From NCBI GenBank assembly GCA_965226585.1, contig OZ245366.1, positions 352,001 to 416,000 of the forward strand: DNA of 64,000 bases, in the 5' to 3' direction. The notes beneath the pieces are model-generated. The model was not told the origin of the DNA and made no database searches. It saw only the letters and a program-made list of their open reading frames with translations. Of this stretch, positions 50,436 to 60,232 are shown in pieces (position 1 is the first letter of the stretch; every line of letters begins with the position of its first letter). This DNA is from Thermodesulfobacteriota bacterium. GTDB lineage: Bacteria; Desulfobacterota_D; UBA1144; Nemesobacterales; Mycalebacteriaceae. The translations under genes were made by a program, and so were the position numbers.

Positions 50436-51827
50436 TTGTCAAAAAAAACACTTTGGTCGGGAAGATTTTCAAAAAATCCTCACCGTCTTGCCGCAAGTTT
50501 TTCAGCATCCGTGGATTTTGACAGGCGACTTGCTTTTGAAGACATAGAGGGAAGCGTCGCGCACGTGAAGATGCTTGCGTCTCGTAAAATTATTTCCCGC
50601 AAAAACGCGAATTCAATTTTGAAAGCTCTCTCGGAAGTCAAAAAGGAGATAGAAAAAGGCTCTTTTCCCTTCAGGGAAGAATATGAAGACATACACCTGA
50701 ATATTGAAAAACGGGTTATTGAAAAAATCGGCGATTCAGGCGGCATGATTCACACCGCCCGCAGCAGAAACGATCAGGTGGTTCTGGATGAGCGGCTTTA
50801 TCTGAGGAAACAGACGGCGATAATTCTTGACGGCATAACGGATGTCGCGGACTCTGCGGTAATGCTTGCGGAAAAATATTTTGACGCCGTAATGCCTCTT
50901 TACACACATCTTCAAAGGGCTCAGCCGGTGCTGGTTTCCCACCACCTGCTCGCTTATTTTGAGATGCTAAAACGCGACCGCCGCCGCTTTGAAGATTGCC
51001 TGAAGGGAATTAACGTGAACCCGCTCGGCGCGTGCGCCGGAGCCGGAACATCTTTTCCCGTGGACAGGAAAATGACCGCCAAACTGCTGGGTTTTCCGTC
51101 TGTGACGGCAAACAGCATAGACACCGTAAGCGACAGAGATTTTCTCGTGGAATTTGTTTTCTGTTGCGCCGTCCTCATGGGGCATCTGGGCAGGCTGTGC
51201 GAGGAGCTTGTGCTGTGGTCTTCAAAGGAATTTGATTTTGCCGACCTGGGAGACGGTTTTACCACCGGCTCAAGCATAATGCCGCAGAAAAGAAATCCCG
51301 ACATAGCGGAGCTTGTTCGCGCGAAGGGCTCAAGGGTCAACGGAAATCTGGTTTCTCTGCTTACGCTTATGAAAGGTCTCCCGCTTTCCTACAGCCGTGA
51401 TATGCAGGAGGACAAAGAGCCCGTTTTTGACACGGCGCAAACCGTTGCGGAGTCTCTGCCGGTTTTTTCTGAAATGCTTGCCGGATGCAAACTCAAGCCG
51501 GAAAATATGCGGAAAAGTCTTGAAAAAGGTTTCGTAACAGCGACCGACCTTGCGGATTATATGGCGCGCGCGGGTATGCCTTTCAGAAAAGCGCACGAAG
51601 TTTCGGGGCGGATTGTCGCCCACGCGGAAAAAAAGGGAAAAAACATTGAAGAACTGACGATAGACGAATTCAGATGTTTTTCTCCGGATATCGGCGCTGA
51701 TATTTACAAAACGGTTTCAATAGACGGCTCGGTAAAAAGCAAAAACTCTCAGGGCGGAACATCGCACTCTCAGGTGAAAAAGATGCTCCGCGCCGCCCGG
51801 CGCGAAGTTTCAGGATGGAGACGCTGA
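50436..51827 (+). CDS. argH: Argininosuccinate lyase
   Basis: LWSGRF, HTARSRNDQV, YTHLQRAQP, GSSIMPQKRNPD, DMQEDKE. Confidence 0.97.
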   Translation: MSKKTLWSGRFSKNPHRLAASFSASVDFDRRLAFEDIEGSVAHVKMLASRKIISRKNANSILKALSEVKKEIEKGSFPFREEYEDIHLNIEKRVIEKIGDSGGMIHTARSRNDQVVLDERLYLRKQTAIILDGITDVADSAVMLAEKYFDAVMPLYTHLQRAQPVLVSHHLLAYFEMLKRDRRRFEDCLKGINVNPLGACAGAGTSFPVDRKMTAKLLGFPSVTANSIDTVSDRDFLVEFVFCCAVLMGHLGRLCEELVLWSSKEFDFADLGDGFTTGSSIMPQKRNPDIAELVRAKGSRVNGNLVSLLTLMKGLPLSYSRDMQEDKEPVFDTAQTVAESLPVFSEMLAGCKLKPENMRKSLEKGFVTATDLADYMARAGMPFRKAHEVSGRIVAHAEKKGKNIEELTIDEFRCFSPDIGADIYKTVSIDGSVKSKNSQGGTSHSQVKKMLRAARREVSGWRR

Positions 51828-52172
51828 GCCGTTTTCAAACTCAACTCTGGGGAAATCAGACCACAGACCTTCCAGATTGTAGAATTTTCGCGCCTTGCTG
51901 TGAAAGATGTGCAGTATAACGTCTTCGGTTCCAAGTAGAACCCAGGTTTTGTGTGCAATTCCCTCTTTGTCGAGAACTCGTATTTTCTTTTCTTTAAGGG
52001 CTTGTTCAGCGTGGTCTGCGACCGCTTTTACGGCTCTTTCCGATTCCGCGCCGCATATTACGAAAAAATCCGCTATACCGCCGGAGTCTCTCATGTCTAT
52101 GACCGCAATATCGTCCGCTTTTTTATCAGCCGCGCATCGCGCGAGAAAAAGTGCCTGCTCTTTGGAAGTTAT
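51810..52172 (-). CDS. rsfS: Ribosome silencing factor RsfS, probable ATA start
   Basis: DKKADDIAVIDM, ADFFVIC, WVLL, FYNLEGLW; family-typical N-terminus lies upstream of the first ATG; AGGAGA 9 nt before ATA 52172. Confidence 0.88.
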   Translation of the reverse strand: MTSKEQALFLARCAADKKADDIAVIDMRDSGGIADFFVICGAESERAVKAVADHAEQALKEKKIRVLDKEGIAHKTWVLLGTEDVILHIFHSKARKFYNLEGLWSDFPRVEFENGSASPS

Positions 52173-52834
52173 CTTGCGGGTTCTCCTGTGTAAAGTTTGT
52201 TTCTTTTGATAAAATCCGCCACTTCCGGCGGAACGAAACCTTCAAAATCTTCGCCGTTTTTTATTCGTTTTCTTATTTCCGTTGATGAAATATCGGGGGA
52301 ATCTATTTCCGCGAACAACAGTTTTGATCCGCTTTTGTGATTGAAGTAAACCGTTTCCATACCGCTTTTATGATATCGAAAATCCTCTCTGATTTCAAAG
52401 GGCGGTCCGCTGTTTCCCTCCGCGCCCGCTCTTGATATTACGGCAACGTTTGTGATTTCAAATATCTCTCTGAAATTCTTCCACTTTGTTATGTCCGCGA
52501 AAAGCTCTTTTCCCATTACAAACCACAGAGAGCCGGATTTTCCGGAATTTTTCCACACGCGCAAAGTGTCCACAGTATAAGAGACGGATTTTCTTTCCGC
52601 TTCAACCTCAGAAACTTCAACCCCTTCAATATCAGCAGTCGCAAGCCTCAACATCTCAAGCCGCCCGGCGGCGCCGGCGCCTGAATCGCCTCTCTTCAGC
52701 GGGTTTCTGTAATTCGGCACAAGAACAACCCTGTCGAGAGAAAGTATTTTTCTGATTTGTACCGCCGCGCTTATGTGCCCATTGTGAACCGGGTCAAAAC
52801 TTCCACCAAGCAAAGCGGTTTTTTGTTCAGTCAA
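52169..52834 (-). CDS. nadD: Nicotinate-nucleotide adenylyltransferase
   Basis: GGSFDPVHNGH, SYTVDT, ISSTEIR. Confidence 0.94.
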   Translation of the reverse strand: MTEQKTALLGGSFDPVHNGHISAAVQIRKILSLDRVVLVPNYRNPLKRGDSGAGAAGRLEMLRLATADIEGVEVSEVEAERKSVSYTVDTLRVWKNSGKSGSLWFVMGKELFADITKWKNFREIFEITNVAVISRAGAEGNSGPPFEIREDFRYHKSGMETVYFNHKSGSKLLFAEIDSPDISSTEIRKRIKNGEDFEGFVPPEVADFIKRNKLYTGEPAR

Positions 52835-53940
52835 AATTCCGGATATGCCTCCACAATTATTGTTCCGTCAATCTTCGGGGTTTTCTCAAAAGTTAATTTC
52901 ACGGCTTTTTTTACGGTATCCGTTTTCAGAGCCGCCACCATGTCCGTGCCGTCTCCGCCTATTATCAGCGGAGAGTAGAAAAAGACCATCTTGTCCGCGA
53001 TTTTCTCCTTTATTGCCGAAGCCGCCATTTTGCCGCCGCCTTCAATCAGAACAGACCGTATTCCGCGCGAGTACAGCTTTTTCATCAAATCCTTCAAAAC
53101 AATTCCGCCCCCGGTGTTTTTTCTCACCCTCAACACCTCCGCGCCCAGAGACTCAAGCGCGTCCGCCTTTTTCCCGTCCGCTCCGCTCTTTGCGGCAATA
53201 ATCACATTTTCCCTTCCAAGCAGTTTTGCCTTCGCGGAAACTCTCAAGCTCGAATCCGCAACCACACACGCGGGCTGACGGGAGGTTTTCACAAGCCTCA
53301 CATCCAGACGGGGGTTGTCTTTTTCAACCGTGTCAACTCCCACGAGAACGGCATCGCACTGTTTTCTCAGCGAATGCGCCATTTTTCTTTGAGACGGGTT
53401 TCCTATCCATTTTGAGTCTCCCGTACGGGTCGCTATTTTCCCGTCAATGGAGGCGGAGAGTTTCAAAATAACAAACGGAAGCCCCGTTTTCATGTTTTTG
53501 AAAAATGCCTCGTTTATTTTCTCGCACTGCGTTTTCAGAATACCTTTTCTGACGGATATGCCATTTTTTTCAAGAATCGCCGCCGCGTTTCCCGCTTCCG
53601 GGTTGGGGTCTTTACATCCCGTAAAAACCCCGGATATGCCGCTTTCCACAATCGCGTCGCAACATGGGGGAGTTTTTTTCCCCTTAAATCTCCGCGCGCA
53701 CGGCTCAAGGTTGACGTACATAGCCGCCCCGCGCGGCGAGTTCCCCTTCCGTTTGCAATCTCTGATGGCTTCTATTTCCGCGTGCGCGCCTCCGGCGCGC
53801 TTGTGCCATCCGCTTCCGATGATTTCCCCCTTTTTTACAATCACCGCGCCTACAAGCGGGTTCGGGCTCACCTCTCCCTCTCCCTTTTTCGCGAGCAACA
53901 GGGCGCGTCTCATAAACTTCTCGTGTGTTTTTGTGTCCAA
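52831..53940 (-). CDS. ribD: Bifunctional riboflavin deaminase/reductase
   Basis: PNPLVGAV, HAE, LEPC..TPPC, SIDGKIA, EGGG; start near TTG 53940 (track ORF over-extended). Confidence 0.93.
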   Translation of the reverse strand: MDTKTHEKFMRRALLLAKKGEGEVSPNPLVGAVIVKKGEIIGSGWHKRAGGAHAEIEAIRDCKRKGNSPRGAAMYVNLEPCARRFKGKKTPPCCDAIVESGISGVFTGCKDPNPEAGNAAAILEKNGISVRKGILKTQCEKINEAFFKNMKTGLPFVILKLSASIDGKIATRTGDSKWIGNPSQRKMAHSLRKQCDAVLVGVDTVEKDNPRLDVRLVKTSRQPACVVADSSLRVSAKAKLLGRENVIIAAKSGADGKKADALESLGAEVLRVRKNTGGGIVLKDLMKKLYSRGIRSVLIEGGGKMAASAIKEKIADKMVFFYSPLIIGGDGTDMVAALKTDTVKKAVKLTFEKTPKIDGTIIVEAYPEF

Positions 53941-53947
53941 AACTTGC

Positions 53948-55144
53948 CTAACCTTTTTCGTCAAAAAGCGACCGCGCGAAACGCACGGGGTCAAACTCCT
54001 CAATATCTTCGGCTTTTTCACCCGTTCCCACGTAAGTAAACGGTATTTCAAACCGCTCCGCGATTGCCATTAAAACCCCGCCTTTCGCGGTTCCGTCAAT
54101 CTTTGAGAGAACTATACCGGTTACGCCGACCGCTTCGTCAAACATCTCCGCCTGCCGCACGGCGTTCTGCCCGGTTGTGGCGTCAAGAACCAGCAGAACT
54201 TCGTGCGGTGCGCCGGCTTTTGCCTTGCCGGCAATCTTTTTTATTTTCGCGAGTTCGTCCATCAAACCGGTTTTTGTGTGAAGGCGTCCGGCGGTGTCTA
54301 TTATTACGGAGTCGCATTTTTTCGCCTCCGCTGATTTCACCGCGTCAAACGCGACCGATGACGGGTCGGCTCCGGGTTTTCCCCTGACAAATTCACTTCC
54401 GCTTCTTTCCGCCCATTTTTCAAGTTGCTCGGCGGCGGCGGCTCTGAAAGTGTCAGCGGCGGCAAGAACAACTTTTTTGTTCCGCGCCCCGAACAGGGCG
54501 GCAAGTTTTCCGGCAGTTGTTGTTTTTCCCGTGCCGTTCACTCCAACCACCATAAAAACTCTCGGTATTTCGCCATCCTCAGGCTTTGCGGGCGTTTTTT
54601 TCAACAATTCCGCGATTTCTTCCATCAGGGCGTTTTTAATTTTTTCGTAGTCGGCATCGCTGTCAGAGCCCAGCCGTTTTTCAACGTGTTTTCTGATTTT
54701 CACTGCGGCGCCGGTTCCCGCGTCCGCAAGAATAAGCATCTCCTCAAACTGCTCCCACAACTCCCCGTTCATCCGGCCGCCGGAAACTATTTTCTCAAGT
54801 TTTGAAAGCAAACCGGAACGGCTTTTTTCAAGCCCCGCGACATTGCCGCCGGTTTTTGATTTTTCAGGCTCTTGCCCGGGCGCGGTTTTTCCCACGCTTT
54901 CAGCGGGTTTTATCTCTGCGGCATTTGAGGGGTTCGGTTCCCGTTTTTCGCCCGGCGAGGCGAGATGTTCCTGAGGACGGTCATCTTCAGTTTCCGCGCG
55001 GTTTTTTCCGTCCGCCCTTTTCAGCAGGAAAACCGTTACCGCCGTGGCAATCAGAACGCCCGCCGCGAACGGGAGGTATTTCAATACGGCTTCATTTTGA
55101 AAATGGAGGGAAAACTTTTTCAGTATTTGAAGCAGATCGTTCAA
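53948..55144 (-). CDS. ftsY: SRP receptor FtsY with N-terminal TM anchor
   Basis: GVNGTGKTTT, DTFRAAA, DTAGR, KIDGTAKGG. Confidence 0.95.
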   Translation of the reverse strand: MNDLLQILKKFSLHFQNEAVLKYLPFAAGVLIATAVTVFLLKRADGKNRAETEDDRPQEHLASPGEKREPNPSNAAEIKPAESVGKTAPGQEPEKSKTGGNVAGLEKSRSGLLSKLEKIVSGGRMNGELWEQFEEMLILADAGTGAAVKIRKHVEKRLGSDSDADYEKIKNALMEEIAELLKKTPAKPEDGEIPRVFMVVGVNGTGKTTTAGKLAALFGARNKKVVLAAADTFRAAAAEQLEKWAERSGSEFVRGKPGADPSSVAFDAVKSAEAKKCDSVIIDTAGRLHTKTGLMDELAKIKKIAGKAKAGAPHEVLLVLDATTGQNAVRQAEMFDEAVGVTGIVLSKIDGTAKGGVLMAIAERFEIPFTYVGTGEKAEDIEEFDPVRFARSLFDEKG

Positions 55145-55150
55145 AACAGT

Positions 55151-55867
55151 TCAGACACCGCTTTTCCAGACGGCTTTTCCGGCAAAGAAGGGTCCCATCT
55201 CCTCTATATATACCGATGTTTGCTCCGTTTTCCTCATCGCCTGAACAACCGATGACAACGGGTGCAGGTTTTTGCCCAGAAGCCCTATCACGAAGTCGTT
55301 GTCATTTTTATCAATCCCGTGGCAGGCAAGCCGTATGTCTTTCGCGAACCCCGCTTCTCCGTATTTGAAGCCGAGTTTTCCGTGCTCTCCGAGAATTGCC
55401 CTCTGCCTGTCCTCTCCAAGCGTCTCAAAAGATTTAGCCCTGCGAAGCGGATACCACACCGCCCAGGGCCAGCCGGGGTCAAGGATTTTTCTTTTCGGCG
55501 CCTCAACAAGCGTTTCTTCAAGGTCGCTTTCATAACCCAGAGAGTAGGTTCTTCCGAACATGGAATACTCGCTTTTAAGTTTCATTGATTTGAACGGCGC
55601 GGCGCTCAAAACCGTCCTCAAATCGTCTGTGAAAAAGTTTTCATCCTCGCTCATAAAAACCGTTCCAATTCCAAAAGGGTCTGAAAGGTCGGCATAAACC
55701 GCGCCCTCAACTCCTTTTTTCTCAAGCGCGCGCCCGGCCGCAAGGGCATCAGCTCCGCCGAATGAGAGAAACTGAACAAACAGGCGCCTGTCGCTGTAAA
55801 CCGCCTTGCCGCTTTTTGAACGCCCCTTTTCCCTTATGTCAACTTTTGTGTTTTCCCCGTTTTTCAT
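55151..55867 (-). CDS. Chlorite dismutase/coproheme decarboxylase (ChdC/HemQ-like) family heme protein
   Basis: WYPLRR, ILGEHGKLG proximal His, GIDKNDNDF, GPFF. Confidence 0.78.
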   Translation of the reverse strand: MKNGENTKVDIREKGRSKSGKAVYSDRRLFVQFLSFGGADALAAGRALEKKGVEGAVYADLSDPFGIGTVFMSEDENFFTDDLRTVLSAAPFKSMKLKSEYSMFGRTYSLGYESDLEETLVEAPKRKILDPGWPWAVWYPLRRAKSFETLGEDRQRAILGEHGKLGFKYGEAGFAKDIRLACHGIDKNDNDFVIGLLGKNLHPLSSVVQAMRKTEQTSVYIEEMGPFFAGKAVWKSGV

Positions 55868-55916
55868 TCCGGATTTTCCCGAGGATTAATTTAACACGGT
55901 TTCCCGCCGCCCCTTC

Positions 55917-56534
55917 TTAAACCACCTTCGCTATTTTTGATATTAAATCGTCAATCTCGCCGGATTTAATCTTCATTCCCGCCTTGTTCACAACCAGCCG
56001 CGCGGTTATGTCTGCGATGAAGTCCACCTCCGCCAGTTTGTTTTCTTTTATCGTTTTCCCGCTTGCCGTCAGGTCTACAATCACGTCTGAAAGCCCCACA
56101 ACCGCGGCGAGTTCAACCGAGCCGTACAGTTTTATAACATCGGCGCGGATGTTTTTTTCCTCAAACCATTTTCCCGCGACTCGCGGATATTTTGTCGCCA
56201 CGCGCACGCCCCCGCCGCCCGGCAGTTTGTAGCCCTCAGGCGCGGCAACTATCATTCTGCATTTTCCTATGCCCAGATCCAGCGGCTCGTAAAGGTTGTT
56301 TTCCTGCTCCATCAGAGAGTCTTTGCCCACTATTCCGCAGTCCGCGACTCCGTGCTCAACGTAAGACGGCACATCGGTTGGCCGGACGACAAAAAGCATA
56401 AGGTCGTGGTCTTTGATTTCGTGTATCAGTTTTCTTGAACGTTTCGCGTCCTTTTTCATTTGGATTCCCGCTTTCTGGAGAATCTCAATTGACTCTTCAA
56501 AAAGCCTGCCCCGTGATACGGCGATTTTAATCAT
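55917..56534 (-). CDS. hisG: ATP phosphoribosyltransferase, short form
   Basis: DVPSYVEHG, RVATKYP, KLYGSVELA; ATGA overlap with murA stop. Confidence 0.94.
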   Translation of the reverse strand: MIKIAVSRGRLFEESIEILQKAGIQMKKDAKRSRKLIHEIKDHDLMLFVVRPTDVPSYVEHGVADCGIVGKDSLMEQENNLYEPLDLGIGKCRMIVAAPEGYKLPGGGGVRVATKYPRVAGKWFEEKNIRADVIKLYGSVELAAVVGLSDVIVDLTASGKTIKENKLAEVDFIADITARLVVNKAGMKIKSGEIDDLISKIAKVV

Positions 56535-57787
56535 TCTTTTTCCCTCCATACGCGCGCGCCCAGCCGCTCCAGTTTTTTGTCCAGTTTTTCGTATCCTCTG
56601 TCAATGTGATAAACCCTGCTTATCTCCGTTCTGCCTTTCGCCGCCGCCCCGGCAACCGCCAAAGCCGCTCCCGCCCTCAGGTCGCCCGCCATAGTTTGCG
56701 CGCCCTTCATATTTTCCGTGCCACGCACAACCGCCGTGTTGCCTCTCAGTTTTATGTCCGCTCCCATTCTTTTCATCTCCGCCGAGTGCATAAATCTCTG
56801 AGGAAAAACATTTTCCGTTACGATGCTTACGCCTTTGCCCGCGCACATAAGCGCCATAAACTGCGGCTGTAAGTCGGTCGGAAATCCCGGATAGGGAAGG
56901 GTTGCCACATCCGCGCAGTCAACTCTTCCGTTCGCGCTCACGAAAATCCCCTCTCCGGTCTCTCTCACCTCCGCTCCGGTTTCCATAAGTTTTTCCGCAA
57001 GCGTTTCAAGGTGTTCGAGTCCGCAACCTTTTATCAGCGCCCGTCCGCCGGTCGCCGCAGTCGCCATCATCAGAGTTCCGGCTTCTATTCTATCAGGTAT
57101 GGCTTCGTAGTTTGCGAGCGGTTTCAAAGACGACACACCTTTTATCCGTATCACGTCCGTTCCGATGCCCGTTATGTTTGCCCCCATTTTGTTCAGCGCG
57201 CTTCCCAGCTCCGCCACTTCGGGCTCGCAGGCGGCGCCCCGGATAACCGTTTCCCCTTGCGCCAGAACGGCGGCAAGCATTATGTTTTCCGTTCCCGTTA
57301 CGGTTGACATCTCAAACGCCACCGCCGCTCCTTCCATCTTTTCCGCGGAAGTCTCAACGTATCCGTTTTCAATTTTTATGCGCGCTCCGAGAGCCTCAAG
57401 CCCTTTCAAGTGCTGGTCAATAGGCCTCTCGCCGATGGAGCACCCCCCCGGAAGGGAAACTCGCGCCCTGCCGAAGCGCACCGTAAGAGGCCCCAGAGTG
57501 AGAACCGAAGCCCTCATCTTTTTCACCATCTCGTATTTGGCAACCCAGTTGCCGATGCCCGCAGAGTCTATCAAAAGCCGCCCGCCGTCCCGCTCAACCC
57601 TTGCCCCGAGGTCGCGCAAAATATCCCCCATCACCCTCACATCCATAAGGTCCGGCACATTTGAGAAACTGTTTTCGCCGCTGTTCAGTATGCACGCCGC
57701 CATAAGGGGCAGGATGGAGTTTTTGGAACTGCTCACCGCAACCTCTCCCTCAAGTGGCTTTCCGCCCTCAATAACTATTTTTTCCAA
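56531..57787 (-). CDS. murA: UDP-N-acetylglucosamine 1-carboxyvinyltransferase
   Basis: KNSILP, MRAS, LPGGCSIGERP, DRIEAGT, PYPGFPTD, DRGY. Confidence 0.97.
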   Translation of the reverse strand: MEKIVIEGGKPLEGEVAVSSSKNSILPLMAACILNSGENSFSNVPDLMDVRVMGDILRDLGARVERDGGRLLIDSAGIGNWVAKYEMVKKMRASVLTLGPLTVRFGRARVSLPGGCSIGERPIDQHLKGLEALGARIKIENGYVETSAEKMEGAAVAFEMSTVTGTENIMLAAVLAQGETVIRGAACEPEVAELGSALNKMGANITGIGTDVIRIKGVSSLKPLANYEAIPDRIEAGTLMMATAATGGRALIKGCGLEHLETLAEKLMETGAEVRETGEGIFVSANGRVDCADVATLPYPGFPTDLQPQFMALMCAGKGVSIVTENVFPQRFMHSAEMKRMGADIKLRGNTAVVRGTENMKGAQTMAGDLRAGAALAVAGAAAKGRTEISRVYHIDRGYEKLDKKLERLGARVWREKE

Positions 57788-58629
57788 GTTCCGGAAACCA
57801 CCCTTGTTTTTCCCCCGATGTCGTCCGCCGCTGATATGTCTGAAAAGCCGTTTTTGCTGAAAATTTCAGCGCATTTTTCCGCTTGTCCGTCACCCGTTTC
57901 CATAACGCACACGCCCCCCCCGCCCAGAACTCGCGGCGCGTCCGCAACAATTTTCCTTATGTGCTCAAAACCGTCATTTCCGCTCACAAGCGCCTCACGC
58001 GGCTCAAAAACACGCACGTCATCGGGAAGCGATTCAAACTCCCGTTCCGGCACATACGGAGGGTTGGAAACTATGATGTCCGCGCTCCCGTCCGCAAAGC
58101 GGCTGAGTGCGTCTCCAATCACAAAATTTATTTCCGTTCCGTGAAACAGGGCGTTTTGCCGAGCGATTTCAATGGCGGCGGGGGATATGTCGGAAGCGGT
58201 TACGGATATTTCCTCTCTTTCCTTTTTAAGGGCTATTGCTATACATCCGCTTCCCGTTCCAATGTCCGCAACTCTCAACTTCTCTCCGGCGGGGATGTTA
58301 CGGAGCGCGGTTTCAACAACGGTTTCCGTTTCCGGGCGCGGAATGAGCACCTCTGGGCTAACGGAAAAACTCAGCGAAAAGAACTCGCGCGTTCCCGTTA
58401 TGTAGGCGCACGGCTCGTTTTTCAAACGTCTCCGCACACAGTTTTCAAACTCCCTCGCGGCTTTCCCGCGCACGGAGGTTTGCGGGTCTGACACAATTCT
58501 GTGAGGAGGCTCGCCCGTTACCGAGCACAGCAGGACGGACGCTTCAAGCCCCGGATTTTCAAAACCTTTCGCCCTGAACTGCTCCCTTGTTTCGCGATAC
58601 AAAGCGCCGAGATTTGTTTGGGAATTCAT
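57775..58629 (-). CDS. prmC: Release factor glutamine methyltransferase
   Basis: VLIPRPETE, DIGTGSG, SNPPY; ATG 58629 (track ORF over-extended). Confidence 0.94.
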   Translation of the reverse strand: MNSQTNLGALYRETREQFRAKGFENPGLEASVLLCSVTGEPPHRIVSDPQTSVRGKAAREFENCVRRRLKNEPCAYITGTREFFSLSFSVSPEVLIPRPETETVVETALRNIPAGEKLRVADIGTGSGCIAIALKKEREEISVTASDISPAAIEIARQNALFHGTEINFVIGDALSRFADGSADIIVSNPPYVPEREFESLPDDVRVFEPREALVSGNDGFEHIRKIVADAPRVLGGGGVCVMETGDGQAEKCAEIFSKNGFSDISAADDIGGKTRVVSGTWKK

Positions 58630-58729
58630 TAAACAGACCGTGCCCGTGTCCGCCGGACAGGTAGATTGTATATGCGCCAAAGGTGTTTTCAAAACCTTAC
58701 GCGCCCGCCTTGCCGGTAGAATATAAGCC

Positions 58730-59407
58730 ATGACGATTGAGAGCCGCATCGCCCGTGTGAGGGAGAGGATTGCCGCCGCCGCGCGCGGGGCGGGTAGAAA
58801 CCCTGATGATGTGCTTCTTGTTGCCGTCAGCAAAACCGTGCCGCCTTCCGTGGCGGCGGAAGCCGCGCCGCTGTGCCATCTGGGCGAAAACTACGCGCAG
58901 GAACTGCGGGGCAAAATGGCTTTCTTTGAGGCAAACGGGGTGAGCGCGAACTGGCACTTTGTCGGGAGGTTGCAGAAAAACAAGGTAAAATACGCCGCCG
59001 GCAAATGCCGTTTGATACACTCGGTTGACAGCGCCGCGCTTGCCGCCGAGATAGACAGGAAAGCCGGCGGTTTGGAAACGGAGGCGCAGATTCTTATTGA
59101 GGTCAATCAAGACAGCCCTTCAAAGGGCGGAGTGAGTCCGGACGGGGCGCGGGAACTTATTGAGTTTGCCACCCGCCTTGAAAATGTGCGTGTCTGCGGT
59201 CTGATGTCTATGCCTCCGCACGCGCGGGAGCCGGAGAGTTCAAGGGGTTTTTTCAGAGAGATGAGAGATTTGCGCGACAGCCTTCTGCCCGATTTTCCGG
59301 ACGCCGTTCACCTTTCAATGGGCATGAGCGCGGATTTTGAGACGGCGGTTGAAGAGGGGGCGACTATTGTGCGGGTCGGCTCGCTTATATTCGGACGGAG
59401 AGATTAA
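58730..59407 (+). CDS. yggS: PLP homeostasis protein (YggS/PLPBP)
   Basis: VAVSK, GENYAQE, WHFVGRLQKNK, LSMGMS, GATIVRVG. Confidence 0.95.
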   Translation: MTIESRIARVRERIAAAARGAGRNPDDVLLVAVSKTVPPSVAAEAAPLCHLGENYAQELRGKMAFFEANGVSANWHFVGRLQKNKVKYAAGKCRLIHSVDSAALAAEIDRKAGGLETEAQILIEVNQDSPSKGGVSPDGARELIEFATRLENVRVCGLMSMPPHAREPESSRGFFREMRDLRDSLLPDFPDAVHLSMGMSADFETAVEEGATIVRVGSLIFGRRD

Positions 59408-60232
59408 TTGGCGGAGATTGCTTTCATAGGGGCGGGAAAGATGGCGGAGGCGCTTGTGAGCGGAATCATAAGCGCGGGCGTTTTTGAACCCGGAAGTGTT
59501 GCCGTAAGCGATGTCTCTGCGCGGCGCGTGAGCGAGATGGAGAAAAAATACGGAGTCAGGATTGCGCCCGGTAACGTTTCCGCCGCGCAGGCGGACTGCG
59601 TGGTGTTTGCCGTAAAACCGCAAAACATGGCAGACGCGCTTAGCGATGTCCGCAATGCGGGGCGCGGCAATGATGCTCTGTTTGTTTCAATCGCGGCGGG
59701 AGTTCGCACCTCTTTTATCCGCGAGTCTCTTTCCGCCCGCAGGGTTTTCAGGGTTATGCCGAATCTTCCGGCAACAGAAGGCGCGGGGGCTTCGGCGATT
59801 TGCGGGGACGGGGAGAAGGGAGATTTTGAGACGGTGGAGAATTTGTTCGGCTCCGTTGGAGAGGTGGAGTTTGTTGACGAGGAGTTGATGGACGCCTTCA
59901 CCGCGCTTTCGGGAAGCGGCCCCGCGTTTGCGGCGGCTTTTGCCTCGGCGCTTGTGTCTGCGGGAGAAAAACTGGGAATACCGCCCGCCTCCGCGCGCAA
60001 GTTCGCGGTTCAAACGCTTTTCGGCTCCGCGAAGATGATGAAGGGCGGAATCTCTCCCGATGAACTTGAGAAAGCGGTTTCGTCTCCGGGCGGAACAACG
60101 GTTGAAGGGCTTGCCGCGCTCAGAGAGTCCGGCTTTCAATCGGCGGTTGAAAACGCGCTCCGTGCCGCCCGCAAGCGCGCGGGGGAGCTGTCTGCCGTCC
60201 AAAACAACGAAAAAAACAGGGGGAAAACATAA
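59408..60232 (+). CDS. proC: Pyrroline-5-carboxylate reductase
   Basis: IGAGKMA, AVKPQ, RVMPN, SGSGPA, SPGGTT. Confidence 0.95.
   Translation: MAEIAFIGAGKMAEALVSGIISAGVFEPGSVAVSDVSARRVSEMEKKYGVRIAPGNVSAAQADCVVFAVKPQNMADALSDVRNAGRGNDALFVSIAAGVRTSFIRESLSARRVFRVMPNLPATEGAGASAICGDGEKGDFETVENLFGSVGEVEFVDEELMDAFTALSGSGPAFAAAFASALVSAGEKLGIPPASARKFAVQTLFGSAKMMKGGISPDELEKAVSSPGGTTVEGLAALRESGFQSAVENALRAARKRAGELSAVQNNEKNRGKT

Noticed and set aside
57440..57460. Fosfomycin-resistant MurA variant
   Set aside because: Active-site Cys is retained (LPGGCSIG)
53941..58833. Long N-terminal extensions of ribD (to 54051) and prmC (to 58833) in the ORF track
   Set aside because: They overlap ftsY and yggS and lack family similarity; downstream starts fit normal lengths
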